Below, in pieces: positions 48,971 through 60,000 of a DNA stretch of 60,000 nt (positions are counted from its first letter, which is position 1; every line of letters starts with the position of its first letter). The DNA is from Camelus ferus. Taxonomy: Eukaryota. The translations under genes were made by a program, and so were the position numbers. The notes beneath the pieces are model-generated. The model was not told the origin of the DNA and did not search any database. It saw only the letters and a list, made by a program, of their open reading frames with translations. The stretch spans positions 56,484,001-56,544,000 of the forward strand of contig NC_045696.1 of the NCBI RefSeq assembly GCF_009834535.1, given 5' to 3'.

Positions 48971-51900
48971 GCAACTGAGAGAAAGGGACAAGATGGTCAC
49001 AGAGGAGCAGGAAGGAGAGCAGGTTGCACAAGGGGTCCTTGTGCAAATCTGAAAACGCGTCTTCTTCTCTGGGCAGATGCAAGACCAGGCCGGGTTACAG
49101 GGCTTGGCAAGCAGAGTGCAGGCTGGATTTTAGTGCCCCCCTCACCTCCTTGTGCAGTGAACAGCCTGTACAACCCTATGAGGACTCTGATGGCAAAGCA
49201 GCCAAAAAAGCAGAGCAGGCGTATTCAGAAAACTGGGAGCAAAACCAAGAAGTCTAGAGAGTTCCAAGGAATGGATGATGAATGGCACTGTATGAGAAAT
49301 GCTTTGGCAAATGTTGGGAAGAAACAGACCCCACCCTCCAAAAAAAAAAGAGCTTTTAAATCTCTGCTAAAATGTGAACCAGTAACCCAGCGGGCAGACC
49401 AGGCAGAGGCAGTGAGGTTCCCATGTAAAGAGAACTGATGCAGAATCCTGGAGACAGGCCCTGGACATATCTCTGCCTTTAACACACTGTGTGACAGGGC
49501 AAGGTGCTTGACCTCTCTGGGCCTCAGTTTCTCCACCTATAAAACGAAAAGGTTCTTGATGATCTCAAATTCCCTTAATTTGTTAGAATTCTCTTAACTA
49601 GTAAGCATAGAAATTTACCATTTCTGATGTTTCTGAATATCAAACTTTAATCTCCCAAGGAAACAAACCCACATGCCCAAACTAAAGATACCGGTTATGT
49701 ATAGACCCTCTTGAGGGTGTTTCAGGGTTTTTGCTGGGCTTTGGTAGGGGAATAAAAATTGGCTTCCATAGTCAAAGGATTTTCATAACCAATGCTTTTT
49801 CATTCCCTCCTGGATCATAGCAGAGGAAATCAGGGGAGCAGTAATGGGACCCCAACTGAGTGGCCTGATTTCACTCTTAGTTAACTGGTTGGAACCCTCT
49901 ACTCCCCTCAAATGCCATTAATAATGTTTTTATTTCTATTTGTGTTTGCCTTATAAGAAAAAAGGGGAAGAAAAGAAGGGAGAGAATGGCTAAAGGAGCT
50001 TCACACGAGATTCACAATTCTTCATTCCTGCCAAGAACCTGTCACTGAAGTATGTCTGCGACTGCCAGGACTCACATTTACTCAGCATTCATGCTCTAAT
50101 TATTTCCACATGTAGTTCAAGGAAAACGGTTGATTAAAAGTTAAAAAAAAAAAAAAAAAACCCACACACCTAAATCCCAATTCCCTCAACTAACGAGGGG
50201 AGACAGCTCTAGGGCAGCTGTGGGAGAATTCCGAGAGCCAGTTTTAGAAATGTCCCCTGCAGTGCCGGCCACATCTGGACCAACATCCCCACACATTCCC
50301 GGCACTCCATCCTGAGCAAGCCAGCCCTCCACCTCCCTAGGCTCCCCAAGCTCCGAACCAAGTAGAATTCACATTCTTTGGACTTCTGAGTGGAATGTAG
50401 GATTTATTCCCCTGCTTTGGTGGAAGGCAAAAAAGATATGGATACAGGCTAAGAGCTGTGGGTTCTCCTCTCCACCCCTTTTGGCCTGGGCTCTTCTGAA
50501 TTTAGATAGCCCCTGAAATACATTCCTCCAAGGGAAAGAATCCACTGAGGTAGAGAACTTGGGTATCTTCCTTGAGCTGGAGAATACCGCCCCCCCCCCA
50601 ATCTGCCGCTCCTTTTCATCATCCCAGTTTGAACATGGATCCCCTAAAACTGAAACGTAAGCCACCACTCTCCAAGGTGGTTCACATGACCTGGCACCGA
50701 TGCCTGACACTGTCATCTACTTGGCCACATTTAACCCGGTTTTGGCACGTGGCTCAGTCTTCCTCTCTCCTGGGTGACTACATTGTTTACTTGGCCTCCT
50801 CACCTCCAGGAACCCTCACTTCTCGGGTCCTCCGGCCACAGGCACTTCAGAAGGTGTCTGTAAGTAGAGCAGGTGATCTCAGCAGATTAAAATGAGGAGG
50901 ATGGGGGCTCCGGAGGTTCTGCATTTTGACATGAGAACTCATTACCCTTTGAAGATATCAGCACTGTGAGGTACTGTCAGCTACTTCCTTAACCTTCAGG
51001 TGGGCAGAGAATGTCCCACAAGACCAGCTAAAAAAATAATGTCACCATCTGGGAAGTCTGGTTTATTGTCTGGATTGTCACAATCCTTCCTGTCCTTCAA
51101 GGCTTAACTCAAGTTACACGCCTCCATCTTTAGTGACTTTTCCCTTTTGATTGGTATGAATTCCTCCTTCCTTCTCTGAACTTTCATTCCTCTCTGTAGG
51201 AACTCCTTCTGATCACTTAAATTTTTTTTAATTAAAAATAATTTTTTAATTGATTGTGCAGATTTTTGTCTTCCCAGCTGAACTGTAAGTTCCTAGAGGA
51301 CAAGGACTCTGTTTTAGAGTTCTGTCATAGGTCCTGGCACAGTACTCTGTGACATTCAGGCAACTTTTGTTGAAAGTATGAAAGAGTGACTAAACCCCAG
51401 CACCTTGGAGCAGGGGCAGAAAGACAGCCCCTCTGTGCCAGCTCCTCTCCTGGAGCTGCCTCCTTCCAGTACCAGTCTTTCTGGGGGAAAAGCCTAAAGA
51501 CCCTACCCTTCTCCACCAGGCCATAAGTATTCAGCCTGGAATTTCACTAATCAGAGATTGTCTTAGACCCACAGAAAGACACTGGGGTATGTGTGTGTTA
51601 ATGAAGTGGACAGGAGAATAGTGGGGGACTAAAATGGCTTTCAGTCATGTCCTTTGTCCACAATTAATGTATGACCTAGCTGCCATGCTGAGGGAATAAT
51701 TTGGTGGCAGGAAGGAAAGTGGAAGAGGTAACGTGGGAATGTGAGGTACCTCAGAGGAAGGCAAAACTGGGTGGGACATCTGAGTGTAGAGCAGAGGCCA
51801 TCAAAGAGCAGCCCGACAATTTGGTGGCCTTTATAAAAGGGAGAAGCAGAGATGAAGAGAAACAAGTGGGAAGAGGTCAAATTGTGAAAATGGGCGTATT

Positions 51901-53589
51901 ATCAAGGCAGCTATTTTGTGTTACTTCTTCTCAGGACCCCGTCCTGACACTGCCCGATGAGGCAGAAGGGAGGCAAGATGATCGGTCTCCCTAGATGACA
52001 AAAAAGATGTTCTACCCTTCCTCTATCCCAGAAGGTTCCAGAGGTCTCCAGCCACTCCTTTCTGGCTCATCCACTAGGCTGACCTTGCAGTGGGCTGGAC
52101 TATAGTGAAATGTGAGTTGCCAGGGAAGGGCAAAGACTTAGTTGTGCCCAAGTGGTTCATTTCCCCTGGCGCTTAGGTACCTTGAAAGGAACTGTGATGT
52201 CCAAATAAGAGCTGAGACCATTTGACAGAATGGAGGGGGCAAGAGGTTGAAGCAAAAACAAGGAAGTCAGGAGTCAGGGTTGACTGGAACAAAATGGAAC
52301 AGAGCGACCCAGAGACCCAGCACAGCAGAGCCACAGGAGTCTCTTCTTTAAAGACATGGACAAAGCCCTGGGAATCTTTTGGGGTAGTTTAGCTGCAAAG
52401 CATCTGTCAAGTTTTCAGCATCCTGGCAATTATTCTCCAGCCCAAGGAATGCAGAAGGGGTTAAAACCCAGCAAGAAACTCTGGGCTAAATGAAGTCCCC
52501 ATATGTGTGGCTCAGCATGGTTCTAGGAGAAGCAGACAGATGTAATTAGAAGTTCTCAGACACTGTGTTGCCACAGAAACTACCTATCGAGAGAAAAGTG
52601 GGGGGAAAACCTAGAGTCCGAGGAATACAGTCTTCCAAGGAAATGCCAGAGGTGGTGGTGGTCATCACCCTCAGATTCCACAAGCAGGGTTTGTTCTCCA
52701 GCCTATTCATTTCCAGACCCTTGAGGACCCTCCCCACCCAGTGTTCCTCATCCTCACTTCCCACGACCCAGATACACACCCAGAGCAAGTCCAAATGCAA
52801 GTGAAGGGCTCCATTCAGGTAGTATCCAAAGGAAGTCAATTTTTGGAGAAGAGTTTGTACAGGTGATATTATTACCTAGCCACAGGAGCTTTCTGGATCT
52901 GAGTCTGAGGATCACTGAGGGAAGCTGAAGACTTAATTTATACATCACTGTGGAGCCCAGCTCCTCTGTGAGGGGGATGCTGGATGAGTGCTGAGCAAGC
53001 AGGGGTATGTGAGCTTGAGCGGGGGAGCACCTGCTGGCAGTAGGACACCGACAACCAAACTGGGACACTTTTGAGAGTCAAAGGGGAACTTTTAAATAGA
53101 TAGCCTTGGACAACAGGCATAAGCTGTGACAAACGGTCACCTTAATCACTAGTCTGCCTAAGTAGAAAAATGCTTATTTTCATTTTATAATGAGGAAATT
53201 CTAACCTGGTGTCTATGAGCCCACAGAAACCCAGGACTCAGTTTTCCTAGGGCATAGCCTAGGAAAGATGAGAAACCGAAAGCAAGTACCACTTCGGACA
53301 TGAACTGCCTCTTGTAGCTTTCATCTCCCTTGATTCAACAACCAAATGAGGATATTCATGGGCTGCAAAGCTGAGGAACCTGGGCAGACGAGACCACTGT
53401 TACTTTAAAATCTTGGTCATTACAAATCCTTCTAACTACTTCTTTAAAGAGACAACTGTTTATCTTGGCAATTATAATAATGTTGCTGTTAATAGCAGGG
53501 TGTATGTATCTTTTTGATTTAATTCTTATTTTGTGGTTGGCTTTATTCCTTTGATAACTGTGTAAGTTTAAAAAGCTAAAGCTCTAAAC

Positions 53590-54180
53590 GTTCTTAGAAA
53601 CAATGAATGGTACATATATGTAAATTAAAAAGTATATGTGCAGTAAAAAAAACCAAAACAGATCTATCAAGCCATGGAAGACATGGAAGAAATTTAAAAG
53701 ACATATTACTAAATGAAAGAAGCCAGTCTGAAAAGGCTACAAACTGTATGATTCCAACCAAATGACATTCTGGAAAAGGCACAGCTACAGAAACAATAAA
53801 AAGATCGTGATTTCCAGGGGTTTTGGGAGAGGGAAGGAGGGAGGAATGAATAGATGGAGCACAAGGGATTTTTTAGGGCAATGAAATTATTCTGTATGAT
53901 GCTATAATGATGGCTACATGTCATTATGCATTTTTTAAACCCTTAGAATGTACAACATCAAGAGTGAACCCTAATGTAAACTATGGACTTTGGTTGATAA
54001 TAATGTGCTCATGTTGGTTCATCGATTGTACCAAATATGTCACACTGATGAGGGATATTGAGGGTAGGGGAGTATATATGTGTGGGTGGGGAGGGCTATG
54101 TGTGAACTCTGTATTTTCTGCTCAATTCTGTTGTGAACCTGAAACTGCTCTAAAAGCATAAAGTCTATTAAAAAAAAAAG
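53590..54180 (+). mobile_element. L1MC/L1MD-type 3'UTR
   Basis: AATGAAAGAAGCCAGTCTGAAAAGGCTAC, GTGAACCCTAATGTAAACTATGGACTTTG, GAACCTGAAACTGCTCTAAAA + A tail. Confidence 0.85.
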
Positions 54181-55240
54181 AGAGACAATTGCTCACTTCA
54201 TCCATTGTTGCCAAAGGGAGATGGCTGTCATAGAATTCATGGCAATAATGTGGTCATTGGAGTGGGATCATTCCACAGCACTGAGACTTAATAAATCTCC
54301 CCTGAAGAGGGGAGGTTTCCAGAGGTGTATTCTTACACATTCCTTAACAGCGGCTCAGGGATCCTGTGGTCACAAAACCCAGGGAAAGGTCAGACTCTCC
54401 CAGGGAACCAGCAGAAATGACTGTATTTTAGGCATAATATAGCCAGCCTAGAAATTATGAGCATGTGGTTTAGCCACAAGCTCAGTTACAAAATTGTAGG
54501 ATGTTTAAAGGGTAAGGCCCACCCAGGGCGCATCCTCTGGTATTTTTTCAGGGACTCTGGGAATCACAGCCCTGTGGTCAGGGTTCCTGGCAGTTACTTG
54601 GCAACCATGGTTGGTAGTGGCCCTCTTCTCCCAACCCTGGCTCAAGGTTGGGAGCCACTGGGGCCAATGTGCCTTATTTACCTGGACCTATACCCCGTCA
54701 GGTCCTGGAAAATGGGGCACAAATCTCTGAGTGTAATGTGGAGCTTCCTCAAGACTTTGGGATGGCAATTACAACCTGTAATCACCAGTTAACACTGTTG
54801 CTCTCTGCTGGGCAGGCACGTCAGGAAGTTCCAGCACCCACTGCAGGCTCCCTTGGTTTTAACAGTCCAGTTTAGAGGAATGTTAATCTTTCTGGAACAA
54901 ATTAGAATTATATAAAACCAATCCTTTTGAAAAAAACTAAACTCCAAACAACTTTACCTGCATTTCCTTATCATTGTCCAAAGTAGAAATGGACAAAATC
55001 TATTCTGGAGAAAGTAAGCAAAATATGAGGCAATCAAGCAACAAAATACCAAACATCATGCTAGATGCTGGGGACTTAAGGAAAAACAAAGCATTGTCTG
55101 TGTCCCTAAGCTGCTGACAGTTTAGATGAGGAGATAGGACATATATACATGGAATTTTAAATAGCATGACAACACAATCTAGTAAGAGCTAACTCAAGAC
55201 ATGTGTGGCTAAGTGCAACATATAGTGAAGTGACAAGTGT

Positions 55241-55560
55241 CTAGTGCTGTCCAATAGAAATATAACATCAGTCTTACAGACGATTTAAAATTTTCCAGTA
55301 GCCATATTTTAAAAAGTCAAAAGAAATAGATACAATTATTTTAATAGTTTGCTTTACTCAAGGCAATATAGCCAAAAGATTACCATTTCAGCATGTAATC
55401 AATGTTATTGTTGAGATCTTTTACATTCTTTTTCTCATACTAAGTCTTTGAAACCTGGCATGTGTTTTACACTTACAGCACATCTTAATGGGACTGGCCA
55501 CATTTCAAATGCTCAAGAGCCACTTATGGCTAGTGGTTTTTCCTCCTGAACCGCACAGCT
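55241..55560. mobile_element. MER33-like hAT-Charlie element
   Basis: AGTGCTGTCCAATAGAAATATAA ... GCCACATTTCAAATGCTCAAGAGCCACTTATGGCTAGTGG. Confidence 0.75.
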
Positions 55561-56102
55561 CTGAACAGTAAGTTCTGAGTTCCGACACATTACTGAGAGC
55601 TGAATCAAGGAGGGGGAGTTTAGGCAGAAAGAGTAAGACTTTAACTTGGAATATTTTAGAAGTGGTGTGTGTAACTGAAGTCAACAGGTCTGGCTGGTCA
55701 CGTGGGGGAAAGCAGCATGCTGGGCTGCATCTGCGACCAGGAAACTGAAACACTTGGTGCTTTGAAAATGGGCAGGTGTCATGGGTACTTAAGCCTAATT
55801 CTGGCTCAGATTTCAATGCCTGTGGACAAGTCACTTCACCCTTCTGGTCTCCTCCATAAGGAAGATAAAATGTTTGCCACCTCCTGTCTTTAGGACTCTG
55901 TATGGCTTATCTCATGAAACAATGATAAGGGGCTAATTAAACTACCTACTTGGAGCCTTCTCTTAATTTTTGAAATGTAATTTTTTTGTGCGTAAAAGTC
56001 CATGGACAACTTTGGCAATGAGGTGGATATTTCTCAAAACTATTTTTTTCATTTTTCAGCTCAACTGAAAATACTCTGTTCCTGCCAGCTTTTAATAATA
56101 TT

Positions 56103-56115
56103 ATGCGCGCGCGCG

Positions 56116-56153
<38 letters not shown>

Positions 56154-56172
56154 CGCGTGCGTGCGTGCATGC
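56103..56172 (+). repeat. Compound (GC)n(AC)n(GCGT)n alternating purine-pyrimidine tract
   Basis: ATGCGCGCGCGCGCC(CA)n GTCGCGTGCGTGCGTGCATGC. Confidence 0.95.
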
Positions 56173-57379
56173 TTTTAGTGCCTTGAGATTAAAGTCAATG
56201 AAAACATGCACATTCTATTCTTCTTGAGACATTCCTGCCTTGCATTCTTTCCTTGGAGCAGTCGGGAAGTCACAGCTGGGGGGAAGGAGCTGTAAAGCCT
56301 ACTTGTGCTGGCCAATCAGGTCTCAGCTGACAGGAGGCCCACCAATGAGAGATTGCCAGGTATCCTGCTCCATCGTAGCAAAACTCCCTATTTTTGCAGA
56401 GATTAAAATCCTGTGAGACCCTTAACCTGTACCAACAATGCACAAAGACCTCCTCTTCTGTTCATTTTATTTTCCCCGAGGACTGCATTAGAAACTCCAC
56501 CCCCAAACCCACTAGCTTCGTAGCTACAGATTATCATTTGTGGTAAAAACATTCCCAAGTGTTATGTGGCAGTACAGTTCTCAAAGCTCTGTTCTCTTCC
56601 ATTTGTAACTGACTAGACACTAGAGAAATGCCACACATTGAACTGACTCCACTAAAAAGTGGTGCAGTATGCTACGAAGTCAGGAACCTGGTCTGCAGGT
56701 CAACTGTAGGAGGGTTTGGAGAGTAGGACTGCAGAGAAGTGGGGTGATCTGTTTCCTGGGAACCCACTACTGATCACTGGGTCTTTAGTGGAAACTTCCC
56801 CAGGATAGAAGACTTCTCTGAGAGCTAATCTGTAAATCCAGAGACATTATTTTACCCATACTGGGGACATCACAGGTACCATTCAAATGAAAAGGAGAAA
56901 GAACAAAAGCAGAAATGATCCTGAAAAGTACAGGTCTCAGCAAATGATGAGGTCAGAAGACAAAGTGGTCAGAGGCTTTGGGGCAAAGAATCACACCAAT
57001 AGTAGAATTTAATGCTTTATTCTACATTCTTTGGGACTTTCACTTACTCTGGGAATGATGCCCAGTGAAATCAGAATTGTTGATCACGGAAAGAAAGAAT
57101 AAAAATATTTATTATTCAGCTAGTGTCTGTGTAAATTCCAACTTCATCTGGAGCTGAGAAAATCCACGTGCCAGACTAAGCAAGCCCAGCATGTCTACCA
57201 AGTCTAGGGTTAAGCAAAGTGTTGGTGGGCATGTGCTATCAACCACCTTCGCAGGTGCACATTCTACTTGCAGAATCTGGCACAGAGATGACTGAGGTAC
57301 AAAGACTACAGGCAGGGTACAATGCATCTTCTCATATTGCAGATGAAATATTTGGGTGCACTGGTCAATCCATTTGGCC

Positions 57380-58190
57380 AGTTGATTAATTCAGCAAATT
57401 ATTCACTGAGCACCAACTATATGTTAAGCTCAGTTTGAAGTGCTGGGGATTCACTGGTGAACGAGAAAGAGAAGGGCTCTGTCCTGAAGGAGTACACATT
57501 CAAGAGGGAGGACAGTGAATAAACAAAAATAACACGATCACTTCAGATTGTGATGAAAGTTGAATACAGAGTATGTTTGACAAAGAAATCTGGGAGAGGG
57601 GGGCACCACCTAGATCGAGTGGTTGGGAAACGCTCTCTTGGGCTGAGGCCTGAAGAATGAAAGGAGCAGTTCAGACGGAGAGAAGAAAAGTGCGAAGGTT
57701 CTGAAGCAGGGTGGAATTCATCATGTTCCTGGAATAGGAAAGAGGCCAGTGTGGCTGTGACACAGGGCCCAACAGGGAGAGCAGTGAGAGATAAGCTGGG
57801 AAAAGCAGGCCAGGGCTGGTGCATGTAGGGCCCTGTAGGTGCTGGTAAAAAGTCTGTATTTTATTCTTAATGAAACAAGGGCTGCTGGAGGGTTTTACAC
57901 AGGAGAATGATGTGATCATGTATGTGTTTTATGAAGATTATACTCAGGCTGTCGTGTAGAGAAGTAGATGGAGAGAGGCTAGAGGGGAGAGCAGCTAGGA
58001 TGCTACTGCAATAGTCCAAGCACAAAATCATGGTGGCTTGGACTAGGGTGGTGGTGATGGAGACAGACAGTCAATGGAGAGGTGATATATTCTGATAGTA
58101 GAGCCAACAGAGCTCTGATGGACTGACTGGGTATGGATAGGGAAAATGAAAAATCAAAAAGAAGACTCCTGGATACTCCAAGTTGATAAC
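57380..58190 (-). mobile_element. L2 3' portion
   Basis: ATTCAGCAAATTATTCACTGAGCACCAACTAT tail and GAGGCCAGTGTGGCTG, GGTGGCTTGGACTAGGGTGGT motifs. Confidence 0.8.
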
Positions 58191-58539
58191 AAAAAACCCC
58201 CAGCCAGTTCTAGATAAGTATAGACATGACCATGCCAATGGTCCAGTCAAGTCCCATGCTTTCTTCATGGAATGGAATCAGTTTAGGAAGTGAGTTCAGC
58301 AAGATGTAAATAGAATCTGCTTACGGAAATCTGTCTGGAGTTGACCCATTCCAAACTGTTCCATGGAATACTAGTCTTTAAATATTTATAGTATTTCTTT
58401 GAAATGGCTTTCTGTGGTGAAATGTCTGGTAAACATTGCTTATAATAATTTTCTCTCAGAGAGGAAAATAAATAATGCACATGAACATTGTAAAGCTCTG
58501 AAGTCTTGCAACTAAAAAGCCATTAAACCTAGTACATTT

Positions 58540-58663
58540 ATTAGTTTAATTAGGTCCCATTTATTTATTTTTTGCTTTTATTTCTATTGCCTTGGTAGAC
58601 TGACCTAGGAGAACATAGTTATGATTTATATCAGAGAATGTATTGCCTATGTTCTCTTCTAGG
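58540..58663 (-). mobile_element. Short internal L1 ORF2 fragment
   Basis: TTAGTTTAATTAGGTCCCATTTATTTATTTTTGCTTTTATTTC...TTGCCTATGTTCTCTTCTAGG. Confidence 0.8.
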
Positions 58664-59747
58664 TAGCATGTGTATTAACATCACTCAGTGCAGTGTGACA
58701 AACATGGGTCTAGGCTCAGTATGTCTCTCCTGGTAGTTCTTCTCTCCCCTGGAATTTAAGCAAAAACAACAAGAAGAATAGCAGCTACTATTTATTGAGC
58801 ACTTATCCTATGTAAGGAACTTTATGTCAGTATTTCCCTTGCTATACACATTATATACAGGTACCATTTTAATTTATAGCTTGTACATTATCATTTGCTG
58901 CCATGAGTCTTGCTTACAGACCATGCATTCACTTAGCAAAAACTGTCACCCATTTTTCTGACCCAATATATCAGCAGTGATCACTCACAGTATTTCCTCA
59001 TGAAGCTTGTAAGATAAAGACCAGACATTCTTCACTTACTTACCCCACTAGAGCTAACAGTGAACATTTCCTGCCCCCACCACTGCCTCCCCCCTCTTCC
59101 TATAGTCCTCCCCATCACCATTTTCCTTCTTCCTATTTTCTCTACCCATTTCTAAACAAGAAACTGTTTTAGGACAGTTCCCATGATTTGAACACCCTTG
59201 GGCTTAGAATCCTTTGTCTCTGCCTCAAAGAGAATATCAAGACTTTCTGAATATGGCTGCTGTCACACCTGAATCCACAAGTTGTTAATCTAGGGCCCTA
59301 ATAGTCCTCAGCTGCCTCAGCTGCCACAGACACACACAGACACACACACACACTTCACCAACCTGGGTAGACAGAAGACTTCCCTGGAGTTAACAGATGA
59401 CTGGGGAATGAGGAAGTCTTTACACTCTAGGCCACTGTAACTTGAGTAATTATGGTCACTGAACGAGAATGCCATTTACAACAGGCAAAATATTGATAGC
59501 ATTACCTAGAAAAATAACCCAATCACCAACTGAAATATAGCCACTGGGGAGGAACCTAGTTTGCTCTCTAATCCACACAGCAATTCAATAAAGCAACTTC
59601 AGCAGGAAATGAAGAGCCTTCTGATTAGATGTGTAAAGGGAATTTAGAGGGAAAATGCAATTACCTAAGCTGTCAACTGACTAACAGCGAGGGTAACAAT
59701 CCTCAAGCATTGGTTATTCTTACAGGATTTTATTTTTATGTTAAAAA

Positions 59748-59772
59748 AAGAGAGAGAGAGAGAGAGAGAGAG
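59748..59772 (+). repeat. (AG)n microsatellite
   Basis: Direct reading. Confidence 0.9.
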
Positions 59773-60000
59773 CTTGCCTAGATAGGGCATGTAACAAACA
59801 CACAAAAAGCCAACTCCTATAGTTTCTTATCAGCCAGGTTATAATATACATGTTCTTTCATAGAAAATAAAAGAAAACACAGACTTTTTCAGTTGTATTT
59901 CTCAGAGAGAAAGCTGTTCACTTTGTAACTGTCCTTTAAACAATATGGCCCACAAGTAGCTTAGCAAATTTTATTAAGAAGTAAATCTGCAGTGAGTACT

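Larger units (their letters stand above)
40830..60000 (-). other. FSTL1: FSTL1 intron 2 (partial; exons 1-2 with ATG/signal peptide lie beyond the window)
   Basis: No exon encoding the MWKRWLAL-type signal peptide found between exon 3 and the window end; FSTL1 intron 2 is known to be large. Confidence 0.8.

Noticed and set aside
48932..49438. 168-aa ORF in intron 2
   Set aside because: Starts in L2-derived sequence, has no recognisable domain, is antisense to FSTL1, and is consistent with chance.
1..60000. CRISPR arrays, operons, rRNA or other prokaryotic systems
   Set aside because: The sequence is intron/exon-structured mammalian DNA; no repeat-spacer arrays or rRNA were seen.

Overview
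Mammalian genomic DNA, most likely a camelid (tRNA-Ala-derived Vic-1-type SINEs; no Alu or ruminant Bov-tA/ART2A recognised). The minus strand carries nine coding exons of FSTL1 (exons 3-11, 40829->25628, all GT-AG, reading frame intact) and a ~2.7 kb 3'UTR ending near 22950. Positions 40830-60000 are intron 2, and exons 1-2 lie outside the window. The plus strand carries a convergent, disabled B7/butyrophilin-like Ig-superfamily gene, probably the BTNL12P ortholog: signal-peptide exon 1035-1087, IgV exon 5489-5894, IgC exon 6852-7134 and a possible decayed TM/terminal exon near 18054-18390. It has two frameshifts and has lost an IgC cysteine. The rest is mostly interspersed repeats (L1, L2, MIR, ERVL LTRs, hAT MITEs) and microsatellites. 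The most unusual observations are: (i) a 165-bp CpG-rich unidentified insert, flanked by 7-bp direct repeats, nested inside a SINE at 1758-1922; (ii) a 125-bp ~85%-identical inverted duplication bracketing FSTL1 exons 8-9; (iii) an acidic/Tyr-rich ~25-aa loop insertion in the IgV domain; (iv) a recognisable miR-198 homologous segment with the seed intact in the FSTL1 3'UTR. Repeat family names and boundaries are assigned by eye and are approximate.
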